Positions 9,705 through 19,150 of a DNA stretch of 64,000 nt are shown in pieces (the first letter of the stretch is position 1; each line of letters opens with the position of its first letter). The position numbers and the translations under genes are program-made. This DNA comes from Alphaproteobacteria bacterium. GTDB lineage: Bacteria; Pseudomonadota; Alphaproteobacteria; SP197. Under the pieces are notes generated by a model. That model was not told the origin of the DNA, ran no database searches, and saw nothing but the letters and a program-made list of their open reading frames with translations. The stretch is taken from NCBI GenBank assembly GCA_964291415.2, contig OZ219917.1, forward strand, positions 800,001 to 864,000, given 5' to 3'.

Positions 9705-10094
9705 TCAGAAACTGACCATTTCGCCGTGGTCGATGGCGTGCATGAACGTCACGAGTCCCGCCACCTCGACATCGGTGTCGTCGCGCAGGGCGTTGGCATC
9801 CCATCCCGTTGCGCGCAAGCCACTCTCACACACGATGAAGGACACATCGAGTGCCCGGCATGCGTCCAGCAGGGTTTCGATGTCGGCCACACCCCTTGCC
9901 TTCATGTCGTCGTCTCGCGAAGCGCCGTCGAGGCGTCGCCACCCCTCGGAACCCAGGAGAAGTGGGACAGCATCCATGGTGACGAAAAGGACGACACGAC
10001 GATCGATGGAGGCGGCGGCCGCTGCCGTCATCAGCGCAACATGAGTGCGCAGGTAGTCGCCCGACAGGACGATGAGGCCAAGAGGGGGCTTCAC
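9705..10094 (-). CDS. DsrE/DsrF/DrsH-like protein
   Basis: LGLIVLSGDY...AAAAASIDRRVVLFVT...FIVCESG...VAGLVTF; GTG 2 nt after the TauD stop. Confidence 0.8.
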   Translation of the reverse strand: MKPPLGLIVLSGDYLRTHVALMTAAAAASIDRRVVLFVTMDAVPLLLGSEGWRRLDGASRDDDMKARGVADIETLLDACRALDVSFIVCESGLRATGWDANALRDDTDVEVAGLVTFMHAIDHGEMVSF

Positions 10095-10095
10095 G

Positions 10096-11130
10096 TCAAC
10101 GGGCGACCTGCCGGTCGGGGTCAAACCAGGTTTCCGTGCGGCCGTCGACATGCATGCCGTCGTCGCCGTAATAGCGCCTCTGGTTCGCAACGACGGGCCG
10201 GGGCGGGTCTGCCCTCAGCCACAGGCGCAGGAGGAGGCGTTTCCTGTCGTCCTGCGGCCAGTCCTCGAAGGCGGTACGGGAATGGAGCACCGTGTAGTTG
10301 TTGATGAAGGAGGCCCATCCAGGGCGCAGGTGGAAGCGGAACTGCATCGCGTCACGTTCAAGCACCTCGGAAAACACATCGAGGGCCTCGCTTTGGCGCG
10401 CGTCGAGCGGAATGCCGGTTTCCTCGGCAGCCATGCGGATGAACTCGCGCAGGAAGACACACGAGAGTCGGCCCTCCTCGTAGCCGAAGACGGGAACGGG
10501 GTAGTCCGTCACCGTTCCCTGTCCGGGCGGCTGTTCGCCGAACCAGTGGTAGTGATACCCGGCGAAAAGCGGTTCCAGGAGATCGGGCCGGGAACGTGCG
10601 ATCTCGTTGTAGACGGCAACCGAACTCGCCAGCCGGCTCTCGCCCCCGGACTTCGCCTCGCGAAGGCACAGGAGGCTCACGATGTCGTCAGAATCCGTGT
10701 GGAGGGCGAGCTCCATGGCGCTGCGGTATCCGCGCTCCCGCTTGCCGGGTTTGGACACGTCGGTCACATAGCCGAGCCGGTCACCCATCGGACTCTGCGA
10801 GACACCATGCCCGAAGCCGGCGCCAAAGGCCCAGTAGGCCATGCCCAGCTCGTCATGGGTCATCTCGTCCACGGGCCAGCCGCGGACCAGGACAAGACCG
10901 CGCCCTTCCATCAGCTCATGACGCAACGCCCGAAGATCCTCGGCGATCTCCGGCATGGCCGTCTCCGCCTCCGTCAGTTCCTGAAGGGACCGCCCGGAAT
11001 CCCGCGCCCGGTGGATAACGGACCACAAGGCATCCCGGTGCCGATCCTCGAGATCGAAGGAGACATCGTCGGGACCGGCGAAATCGCTCCCCTTCCATGC
11101 AGATGGATGGTCGATGATCGCGGTGTGCAC
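10096..11130 (-). CDS. TauD/TfdA-family dioxygenase
   Basis: PSAWKG, GRGLVLVRG, LHTDSDD, GGES, NNYTVLHSRT, RLLLRLW; GTG 11130 with a GGAGG SD. Confidence 0.92.
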   Translation of the reverse strand: MHTAIIDHPSAWKGSDFAGPDDVSFDLEDRHRDALWSVIHRARDSGRSLQELTEAETAMPEIAEDLRALRHELMEGRGLVLVRGWPVDEMTHDELGMAYWAFGAGFGHGVSQSPMGDRLGYVTDVSKPGKRERGYRSAMELALHTDSDDIVSLLCLREAKSGGESRLASSVAVYNEIARSRPDLLEPLFAGYHYHWFGEQPPGQGTVTDYPVPVFGYEEGRLSCVFLREFIRMAAEETGIPLDARQSEALDVFSEVLERDAMQFRFHLRPGWASFINNYTVLHSRTAFEDWPQDDRKRLLLRLWLRADPPRPVVANQRRYYGDDGMHVDGRTETWFDPDRQVAR

Positions 11131-11469
11131 TCTCTGGCCTCCCTCTGCACTGCTTGCCGGAGAAGTATGCGTCCACAGCCGGTTCAATTCCAGCATCCCC
11201 CGGCGTCCTTGCGGAACAGCGCCAACGCCGTCGGGACCTTGGTCAACCGGCGTGCGCCGACTTCGACCTCACAGCCAGGGAAACCTTGTTGTTGGCGATC
11301 GAAGACGGCTGGTTGGGGACAACGCGGATTGTCTTGCCCCGGCGGTGGAGTCAGGGACGTCGGGCACAGGTCGACATCGACGCCATGGTGCACCGGTAGT
11401 ACGCTGGAATCGGAATCGGCATGGTCCGGACGGGCCATGCCGCACAGGCGATGACATGTGGACAATGGC

Positions 11470-14400
11470 ATGACGAATCACCGGCCGGAGGGATCGGCAG
11501 GCGGCGTACGCATCGGCATCGACATCGGCGGGACCTTTACGGACGTGGTGCTGGAACGCGACGGTGTCCGTCATGCCACCAAGACCCTGACGACGGCGGC
11601 GCCCGCCGAGGGATTCATGGCCGGCCTCAGGGAGGTGATGGATGCTTCAGGCGCCGTTGCCGGTGACGTCGGTCTCGTTCTTCACGGCACGACCCTGGCG
11701 ACCAACGCGCTCATCGAGCGCAAGGGTGCCGTGACGGCGCTCTTCGTCACCGAAGGTCACCGGGATTCCCTGGAGATCGCCTACGAGAACCGGTTCGATC
11801 AGTACGACATCCTGGCCGATCGCTCCCGTCCCCTGGTGCCGCGACGCCTGAGACTGCCGGTGCCCGAACGGATCAATGCCAGGGGCGAGGTGCTGGTGCC
11901 GCTCGATGAAGAGGCCGTCACGGCGTGGATCGACCGCCTCGGCGATCTCGGTGTCGAGAGCGCCGCCGTCGGCCTGCTTCACGCCTACGCCAATCCGCAG
12001 CACGAACGGCGTATTGCCGCCATGATCGCCGAACGGTTGCCCCATGTGGCCGTCTCTGTTTCCAGCGACGTCTGCCCGGAAATCAGGGAGTACGAACGCC
12101 AGACGACAACCGTGGCGAACGCCTACATCAAGCCGGTCATGGCCGCCTACCTCGCCGATGTGGAACAGGCCCTCGAAGAGGCGGGATTCACCTGCCCGTG
12201 CCTCCTCATGACCTCGGGTGGCAGCCTTGTCACCATCCCGACGGCACGGGCGTACCCGGTCCGGCTCATCGAGTCGGGCCCTGCGGGAGGGGCGATTCTG
12301 GCCGGTCGCATTGCGCGGACCATGGGTGATGACCAGGTCGTCAGCTTCGACATGGGGGGCACCACGGCCAAGATCTGCCTTCTTGATCACGGCGAACCGC
12401 TGCTGGGCCGCCATTTCGAGGTCGACCGGGCCCATCGCTTCATGAAGGGAAGCGGCATTCCGCTCAAGATTCCCGTCGTGGAGATGGTCGAGATCGGGGC
12501 CGGGGGTGGTTCCATCGCGTCGGTTGACCAGCTCGGCAGGATCCAGGTGGGCCCGCAGAGCGCCGGCGCCGAACCCGGGCCCGCATGCTATGGCAGGGGC
12601 GGCGCCGACCCAGCGGTCACGGATGCCAACCTGACCCTGGGCCGCCTCGATGCGGCGGACTTCGCCGGAGGCGCCTTCGACCTTGATCCGCAGGCCGCGG
12701 CGAAGGCGATCCTGGATGGCGTCGGCAGGCCGCTGTCGCAGGATGCCATCGAGGCGGCGCTGGGCGTCGTCGAGATCGTTGACGAGAACATGGCCGCGGC
12801 AGCCCGCGTGCACGCGATCGAACGCGGCAAGGAGATCGAGAACCGAACCATGATCGCCTTCGGCGGAGCAGCGCCCGTGCATGCCCTGCGCGTCGCCGAG
12901 AAACTGGGCATCCGCAAGGTCGTCGTTCCGGTCAATGCCGGCGTGGGGTCGGCCGTGGGCCTGCTGCTTGCTCCGGTCGCCTATGAGGTGGTGCGCAGCC
13001 ACTACCAGCGCCTTTCCCGCTTCGATGCCTCCATCCTCAACACCCTCTTCGCCACCATGAGCGCCGAGGCGCTCAACGTGGTGACCCAGGGTGCGCCAGG
13101 GCAGGCGGTGAGCGAGCATCGTCACGCCTATGCCCGCTACATCGGTCAGGGCCACGAAATTCGCATCGATCTTCCGAACCGGACGCTCACCGGTGAGGAT
13201 GCAGCGTGGATTGCCGAGGCCTTCGAGGACGCCTATCGACGGCAGTTCGGCCGGACGGTTCCGGGTCTCGAGGTCGAGGTGCTGACCTGGTCGCTGACCG
13301 CGGTGGCAGGTGCGGCCCGTTCTCCCGCCGGCCGGATGGCGCCGGCGACGATTGCGGACGACGGTGCGAGGGCGTTCCGCGGAATCGTCTTCCCCGGCGA
13401 CGAAGAGGCGAGCAGGACCGCCGTTCTCCCACGCCATGCGCTGACATCGGGAGAGGCGGTGACCGGTCCCGCGGCGATCGTCGAAACCCAGACCACGACT
13501 ATCGTGTCGCCCGGTTGGCAGGGCTCTCTCGATGCAGACGGACATCTCGTGTTCGAGCATGGCAGGGATGTCACTGCTCACCTGGTGGCGGGGCTGCGGC
13601 ACCAGGTCCTGTGGGACCGGCTCATTGCTGCCGTCGAGGAGCAGGCGCAGGCAATCATCCGCACGGCCTTTTCCACAACCGTGCGCGAAGCCGGCGATTT
13701 GTCTGCAGGCATCTTCGACCTCCAGGGCCGCATGCTTGCCCAGGCGGTGACCGGGACACCCGGCCACGTCAACGCGATGCCTGCGGCGGTCGGATTCTTC
13801 CTCGAAAAGTATCCCGTCTCGTCCATGAAAGAGGGTGACGTCTTCGTGACCAATGATCCCTGGCACGGCACCGGGCACCTCTTCGACTTCACGGTCGTGA
13901 CCCCGTGTTTTCGCAACGGCGCCGCGGTGGGGCTCTTTGCCTCGACGGTGCATGTCGTCGACATCGGGGGGCCCGGTTTCGGTCCCGATTCGGGCCAGGT
14001 GTACGAGGAGGGCCTGTGCATTCCGATCATGCGCCTCTTCGATGGTGGCGAGGCCAACGAGAGCGTGTTCGAGATCATCCGGGCGAATGTGAGGGAACCG
14101 GTCCAGGTTGTCGGCGACCTCTACTCGCTCGCCACGAGCAATGACGTCGGCTGCCGGCGCCTGAGGGAACTGATGGACGAGTTCTCCATGAACGGACTCG
14201 AGGAGATTGCCGACCACATCATCACGACGTCGAAGAGCGCCATGCTGGAGATCATCGGCGCGCTTCCGCATGGAACCTGGACCCATGCGATGACGGTCGA
14301 CGGTTACGACGACCCGGTGGACCTCAGGGCATCGCTGACGGTATCGCGCGACGGCATCGACATCGACTTTGCCGGGACGTCACCCATGTCGCCCTACGGA

Positions 14401-15174
14401 ATCAACGTGCCGATTACCTATACCCAGGCCTACGCCACCTTCGGCCTGCGGTCCGTCGTCGGCCGCGACGTTCCCAACAACACGGGCTCCCTGGAGACGG
14501 TCAGGGTGACGGCGCCGGAGCACTCCATCCTCAATGCACCGCGGCCGGCGGCCGTCACCGTGCGCCATGTCATTGGCCAGATGCTGCCCGACGTGGTTCT
14601 GGGCTGTCTCGGCCAGGCCTTGCCCGGTCGGGTTCCGGCCGAGGGGAGTTCGAGTCTGTGGAACCCCTCGTTCATTGGCGGTCACGGCGTTACCGGAAGC
14701 CACGACTACGGTGACGCCACGCCATTCTCCGTCACTGTCTTTCATTCCGGAGGCACCGGCGCCAGACCTGGAAAGGATGGTCTGTCGGCGACGGCATTTC
14801 CTTCGGGTGTCAGGAACACGCCGGTCGAGATCACCGAATCCATCTCTCCCCTGATCTTCACCCGCAAGGAACTGCTCGAGGGCTCCGGCGGCGAGGGCAG
14901 GTACCGCGGCGGAGATGGACAGGTCATCGAGGTGGAGCACGCCGAAGGCGCTCCCTTCGCGGTCCTGGCGCTGTTCGACCGCATCGATCATCCCGCCCGC
15001 GGCCGTGACGGCGGCGGCAGCGGCGCACCCGGAGCGATCCGCCTTGCCAGCGGAGCGGATCTCAAGGGCAAGGGGAAACAGATCGTGCCCTCAGGAGAAC
15101 GGCTCATACTCGAACTCCCGGGAGGTGGCGGCCTGGGAGAGGCCGGGCGCGGCGAGCCCGATGCCGCCGGCTGA
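11470..15174 (+). CDS. Fused hydantoinase A/B (5-oxoprolinase-like, ATP-dependent lactamase)
   Basis: DIGGTFTD, HGTTLATNAL, ESGPAGG, DMGGTT, PGPACYGRGG, then a B half with RTAFSTTVREAGD, NDPWHG, HVVDIGG, PGGGG. Confidence 0.95.
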   Translation: MTNHRPEGSAGGVRIGIDIGGTFTDVVLERDGVRHATKTLTTAAPAEGFMAGLREVMDASGAVAGDVGLVLHGTTLATNALIERKGAVTALFVTEGHRDSLEIAYENRFDQYDILADRSRPLVPRRLRLPVPERINARGEVLVPLDEEAVTAWIDRLGDLGVESAAVGLLHAYANPQHERRIAAMIAERLPHVAVSVSSDVCPEIREYERQTTTVANAYIKPVMAAYLADVEQALEEAGFTCPCLLMTSGGSLVTIPTARAYPVRLIESGPAGGAILAGRIARTMGDDQVVSFDMGGTTAKICLLDHGEPLLGRHFEVDRAHRFMKGSGIPLKIPVVEMVEIGAGGGSIASVDQLGRIQVGPQSAGAEPGPACYGRGGADPAVTDANLTLGRLDAADFAGGAFDLDPQAAAKAILDGVGRPLSQDAIEAALGVVEIVDENMAAAARVHAIERGKEIENRTMIAFGGAAPVHALRVAEKLGIRKVVVPVNAGVGSAVGLLLAPVAYEVVRSHYQRLSRFDASILNTLFATMSAEALNVVTQGAPGQAVSEHRHAYARYIGQGHEIRIDLPNRTLTGEDAAWIAEAFEDAYRRQFGRTVPGLEVEVLTWSLTAVAGAARSPAGRMAPATIADDGARAFRGIVFPGDEEASRTAVLPRHALTSGEAVTGPAAIVETQTTTIVSPGWQGSLDADGHLVFEHGRDVTAHLVAGLRHQVLWDRLIAAVEEQAQAIIRTAFSTTVREAGDLSAGIFDLQGRMLAQAVTGTPGHVNAMPAAVGFFLEKYPVSSMKEGDVFVTNDPWHGTGHLFDFTVVTPCFRNGAAVGLFASTVHVVDIGGPGFGPDSGQVYEEGLCIPIMRLFDGGEANESVFEIIRANVREPVQVVGDLYSLATSNDVGCRRLRELMDEFSMNGLEEIADHIITTSKSAMLEIIGALPHGTWTHAMTVDGYDDPVDLRASLTVSRDGIDIDFAGTSPMSPYGINVPITYTQAYATFGLRSVVGRDVPNNTGSLETVRVTAPEHSILNAPRPAAVTVRHVIGQMLPDVVLGCLGQALPGRVPAEGSSSLWNPSFIGGHGVTGSHDYGDATPFSVTVFHSGGTGARPGKDGLSATAFPSGVRNTPVEITESISPLIFTRKELLEGSGGEGRYRGGDGQVIEVEHAEGAPFAVLALFDRIDHPARGRDGGGSGAPGAIRLASGADLKGKGKQIVPSGERLILELPGGGGLGEAGRGEPDAAG

Positions 15175-16759
15175 TCCCTCCGTGGTGCGCCTGCCCCGGG
15201 ATATCCGGCGCATCGGCGCCTGCGTGTCCTTCCATGCCGCCCGCGGGAGTGATCGTGAAGCGGCTGTCGCCGGCGAGGTCAGGATGACCTACCGGGACCT
15301 CGACCGGAAGGTGCAGCGCTGGGCGAAGGCCTTTCTCGCCGCCGGACTGGAACACGGCGACCGGGTGGCCATGCTGGCGCCGGCCTCGACGGAGTGGCTG
15401 GCGGTCATGCTCGCGGTCACCGACATCGGAGCCATCTGGACGGGGTTCCATCCACGCTACCGGCTGCCGGAATTCCGTCATGTCACGGCGCTGTCTGGCC
15501 CGAAGGTCCTCGTCGCCTTTCGCCGCATCCACGGCAGGGACTACGCCACGGAGCTCCGCGCGTTGCGGGCCGAGACGCCGACTCTCGTCGACATGGTGAT
15601 GATCGACGAGCCGCTCGACGATGCGACCATGGCCGGGACATTCCTTGAAGCGGGCGATCGCATCAGCGACCTCGAACTCGAGCGCCACCGGGATGCCGTG
15701 ACGGTCGACGACACGGCGGTTCTCATCTTCACATCCGGCACCACGGGCCGGCCCAAGGCGGCCATGGTCCGCCACCGGGCACTCCTTGTCGGCGCCATGG
15801 TCCAGAACGAGCACTGGCCCATGACACAGCCCCGTCTTCTTCACATGATGCCCGTCAACCACATCGCCGGGATCGGCATGACCGCCGTCTTCGCCCTGTG
15901 GACAGGCGGAACCCTCGTCTTCCAGTCCAGGTTCGAGGCGGGCGATCTCTTGCGTCTGATCGAGGAGGAACGGATCGATCACGTCCTGGGATCGCCGGTT
16001 CAGTTTCACATGATGGCCCATCACGCGGACATGGAGCGCCGAGACCTTGGAAGCCTGAAGTTCGTCACGTGGGGAGGCGCACCGATGGCTGCGTCCCTGG
16101 TGGAGAGGCTGAACAGGCTGCCGGGCCACCTGTGCACCAGTTTCGGCATGACCGAACTCGGGCTCTACGTCACCTTCACCAGGCCCGATGACGATTTCGA
16201 GGTCCTGAGCAGCACCATCGGCAAGCCGCACACCGGTTTCGACATCCGCATTGCCGATGCCGACGGAGACCTCACGCCGCCGGGAGGCCGCGGAGAGATC
16301 CAGGCACGGGGGCCCTGGCTTCTCGCCGGTTACTGGGGCGATGAAGAGGCGACGCGTCAGGCCTATACGGCCGACGGCTGGTTTCGCACCGGCGACGTCG
16401 TGCGGGTGCGCGAGGACGGCAACCTGGAGATCGTCGGGCGCACGAAGGAGATGTACATCTCCGGCGGATTCAACATCTATCCGCGCGAAATCGAAGTGGC
16501 TCTCGAGGAACATCCCGACGTCGGACTCGTGGCCGTCATGGGTGTTCCCCACGAGGTATTCGGCGAGGTTGGCCACGCGTTTGTCGAACCCCTTCCCGGT
16601 GCTCGGCCCGTGACCGGCGACCTCGATCTCTGGTGCCGCGAACGCCTTGCCAACTACAAGGTGCCCAAGACCTTCGAGATCGATCATGAACTGCCGCGCC
16701 TGCCCATCGGGAAGATCGACAAGCAGGCCCTCAAGCAGCGCCTGGAGGCCAGGAGATGA
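15161..16759 (+). CDS. AMP-dependent acyl-CoA synthetase/ligase
   Basis: FTSGTTGRPK, FGMTE, WFRTGD, GRTKEM, NYKVP, GKIDK. Confidence 0.93.
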   Translation: MPPADPSVVRLPRDIRRIGACVSFHAARGSDREAAVAGEVRMTYRDLDRKVQRWAKAFLAAGLEHGDRVAMLAPASTEWLAVMLAVTDIGAIWTGFHPRYRLPEFRHVTALSGPKVLVAFRRIHGRDYATELRALRAETPTLVDMVMIDEPLDDATMAGTFLEAGDRISDLELERHRDAVTVDDTAVLIFTSGTTGRPKAAMVRHRALLVGAMVQNEHWPMTQPRLLHMMPVNHIAGIGMTAVFALWTGGTLVFQSRFEAGDLLRLIEEERIDHVLGSPVQFHMMAHHADMERRDLGSLKFVTWGGAPMAASLVERLNRLPGHLCTSFGMTELGLYVTFTRPDDDFEVLSSTIGKPHTGFDIRIADADGDLTPPGGRGEIQARGPWLLAGYWGDEEATRQAYTADGWFRTGDVVRVREDGNLEIVGRTKEMYISGGFNIYPREIEVALEEHPDVGLVAVMGVPHEVFGEVGHAFVEPLPGARPVTGDLDLWCRERLANYKVPKTFEIDHELPRLPIGKIDKQALKQRLEARR

Positions 16760-17670
16760 CACAGGATGGACCCGTCCCCCAGCATGACATCGCCGGACTG
16801 AAAGAGAGTGTGACACGCCATGGATTCGGCATGTATCTCGATGCCGTCGACCAGGAGACGACGGCGGCCATCCGTGAACGTGTCCTGGAGCAGGCGGCCG
16901 CCGAACGGCAGGTCAACCTCCACATCACCAACTCTGCCGTCGAACCCGAAGACAGCGTCAACCAGTGGGTTGCCTTCCTGCCCAACAAGGGATCCGTCTT
17001 CAGGCGCCTCATCAACAACCTCCCGTGCCTCGACATCGTTCGCTTCGTTCTGGGAGAAGAGGCCATCCTGTCGGAGTTTTCCGCCCACATCACGTGGCCC
17101 GGCAACCGGGAGATGCCGCTTCACATCGACCAGTGGTTCATGCCCCATCCGGTTGATCCCGGCGCGGACTATCCGCGTCCCTCCGACATCACGCGAAGCC
17201 GCCAGCGCTGTGGCGACCCTGTGCCCGCCACGGGCCCCGTCAACCCGCCGGTGGTCTGCAACGTCATGTTTGCCATCACGGACTTCACCGTGGCGAACGG
17301 CGCCACCCGCCTGGTTCCGGGGAGCCACCTCTCGGGCTGTCATCCCGATCCCGCAGGGCGCTACGCATCAGTCCATGCCGAGGTCCCCGCCGGCAGCTTC
17401 GTCGTCTGGGAGGGCCGCACCTGGCATGCCGCGAGCCTCAACACCGGAACCGGCCCCCGTATCGGCATCACCACGTACTGGTCGGCGCCCTTCCTGCGCC
17501 AGCTGCTCAACTTCCCGTATGGTCTGCGCCCGGAAGTCGCATCCGATCTCACCGAGCACGAGCGCGGCCTGATGGGTTTCAGAACCTGGAGCACCTACGG
17601 CACCAGCGACGATTTCGAGTCCGAGTGGGCCCGGCCCGGCTCCGACAACACAGGTCCGCTTCCCCGCTGA
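16756..17670 (+). CDS. Phytanoyl-CoA dioxygenase (PhyH)-family protein
   Basis: LHIDQ, DFTVANGATRLVPGSH, GRTWHA; ATGA-coupled to the ligase. Confidence 0.92.
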   Translation: MTQDGPVPQHDIAGLKESVTRHGFGMYLDAVDQETTAAIRERVLEQAAAERQVNLHITNSAVEPEDSVNQWVAFLPNKGSVFRRLINNLPCLDIVRFVLGEEAILSEFSAHITWPGNREMPLHIDQWFMPHPVDPGADYPRPSDITRSRQRCGDPVPATGPVNPPVVCNVMFAITDFTVANGATRLVPGSHLSGCHPDPAGRYASVHAEVPAGSFVVWEGRTWHAASLNTGTGPRIGITTYWSAPFLRQLLNFPYGLRPEVASDLTEHERGLMGFRTWSTYGTSDDFESEWARPGSDNTGPLPR

Positions 17671-17677
17671 TCAGCAC
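17335..17677 (+). repeat. Direct repeat A1: 3' end of the intact PhyH gene
   Basis: Aligns by eye with 18718-19048, including long exact runs and the stop context CCCCGCTGATCAGCAC. Confidence 0.95.
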
Positions 17678-17707
17678 ATGGCATCGGCGCATGGCGCGTC
17701 ACGGATT

Positions 17708-17738
17708 TGCCCGAGGCAGCCAACTCCAGCCTCGGGCA
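17708..17738 (+). terminator. Stem-loop downstream of the hydantoinase-ligase-PhyH operon
   Basis: TGCCCGAGGC-N11-GCCTCGGGCA, perfect 10-bp stem; no U-tract. Confidence 0.4.
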
Positions 17739-18005
17739 CGTGAACAATGTCCGCAAAGGCGCTGCTCTACCGGGAATGCGCCGAGATACGCGGGGAAGGT
17801 CTCGTCCTTGTTCAGCCGGATGCGCTACTGAGGTCCTGGCCCGACGACTGCTGCCTGCAGGCCGGTCATCATATCGGATATACGGTTCTCCAGGGGATCA
17901 GTTGCGCCATCGCCTGCCGGGAAGCCGCGCAATCTCCACGCGCGAACTGCGCATCAAGCACGGTCAGCCATTGGTTCGGTTTGCACTGCGCCATTCCTCA
18001 GGCGG

Positions 18006-18043
18006 TTGACATGTTCCACACATGAATTCATGTTTGCAACATG
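18006..18043 (+). promoter_or_regulatory. TA promoter with overlapping palindromic operator (leaderless)
   Basis: TTGACA at 18006; 34-bp inverted repeat 18010-18043 (15 of 17 pairs, core ACATGAATTCATGT) that covers the ATG at 18041. Confidence 0.75.
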
Positions 18044-18271
18044 AACGCGATGATTCAGATTCGCAATGTGCCGGAGTCGCTGCACCGCCGGCTCAAGGCG
18101 CGTGCCGCCATGGAAGGCGTTTCGATGTCCCGCTATGTCCTGCGGGAGATTGAACGGTCGCTGGAACGGCCGACACGGCGGGAGCTGCTCGAGGCCATCG
18201 CCTTGCAGCCGGACAGGGTTCTGGATCCGTCGCCGGCCGAAATCCTGCGAGAGGAACGGGACCGCCGTTGA
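18041..18271 (+). CDS. Ribbon-helix-helix antitoxin (FitA-like)
   Basis: MIQIRNVPESLHRRLKARAAMEGVSMSRYV; coupled to a PIN gene. Confidence 0.9.
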   Translation: MNAMIQIRNVPESLHRRLKARAAMEGVSMSRYVLREIERSLERPTRRELLEAIALQPDRVLDPSPAEILREERDRR

Positions 18272-18666
18272 TGGTTCTCGATGCGTCGGGCGCCGTCGAA
18301 CTGCTGTTGAACACTGCGGCCGGCAAGAGCCTGGCCGCCCGGTTGGCAGACGACGCTGAAATCATCCACGTGCCGCATCTCGTTGACCTGGAGATCGCCC
18401 AGGTCCTGAGGCGGTACGTGATGAGCGGTGTGCTCAACGAACGGTCGGGCGCCGCGGCACTCCGGCGCTGGCGGGATTTCCGCGTCGAGCGGTACCCGCA
18501 CGAACCCCTGCTCGATCGGGTCTGGCAGCTCCGCGCGAACATCAGTGCCCACGACGCGGTCTACGTCGCGCTCGCGGAAGCGCTCTCAGACGTGCTCGTC
18601 ACTGGCGATCGGCGCCTCGCCCGCGTGCCGGGGCTCAGGGTGGTGATCGAGACGGTTCACATGTGA
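18271..18666 (+). CDS. vapC: VapC/PIN-domain toxin
   Basis: VLDAS...DLEIA...HDAVYVALAE...LVTGDRRL. Confidence 0.92.
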   Translation: MVLDASGAVELLLNTAAGKSLAARLADDAEIIHVPHLVDLEIAQVLRRYVMSGVLNERSGAAALRRWRDFRVERYPHEPLLDRVWQLRANISAHDAVYVALAEALSDVLVTGDRRLARVPGLRVVIETVHM

Positions 18667-18717
18667 ACGGCATCTCGTTCTCCTCCCCGTCATATGCGGA
18701 CTCGGACCAGGGGCATC

Positions 18718-19048
18718 GGTTGCCACCCGGGCCCCGCAGGGCGCTACGCATCGGTCCATGCCCGAAGTTACGTCGTCTGGGAGGGCCGCACCTGGCATGC
18801 CGCGAACCTCCACACCGGAACCGGCCCCCGTACTGGCATCACCACCTGCGGGTCGGCACCCTTCCTGCGCCAGCTGCTCGACCTCCCCCATGGTCTGCGC
18901 CCGTAAGTCGCAGCCGATCTCACCGAGCACGAGCGCGGCCTGATGGGTTTCAGAACCTGGAGCACCTGTGGCACCGACGACGATTTCGAGTCCGAGTGGG
19001 CCCAGCCCGGCTCCGACAACACAGGCCCGCTTCCCCGCTGATCAGCAC
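18718..19048 (+). pseudogene. Direct repeat A2: decayed copy of the PhyH 3' end
   Basis: Same sequence as 17335-17677 with a 12-nt deletion, a GAA->TAA stop at 18904 and scattered substitutions. Confidence 0.93.
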
Positions 19049-19150
19049 GTTGCCGGACGTGTCGAAGGGTCCTTGGCATGTTTCACTGACAAAGTGGCTT
19101 TCAGCGAATGCTGAAAGCATGGAAAGCGGTGAGCAGCTCCGGCGGACGAC

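Noticed and set aside
17335-19048. Diversity-generating retroelement (VR/TR pair at a gene 3' end)
   Set aside because: Differences are not adenine-specific, include a deletion and a stop codon, and there is no reverse transcriptase in the window.
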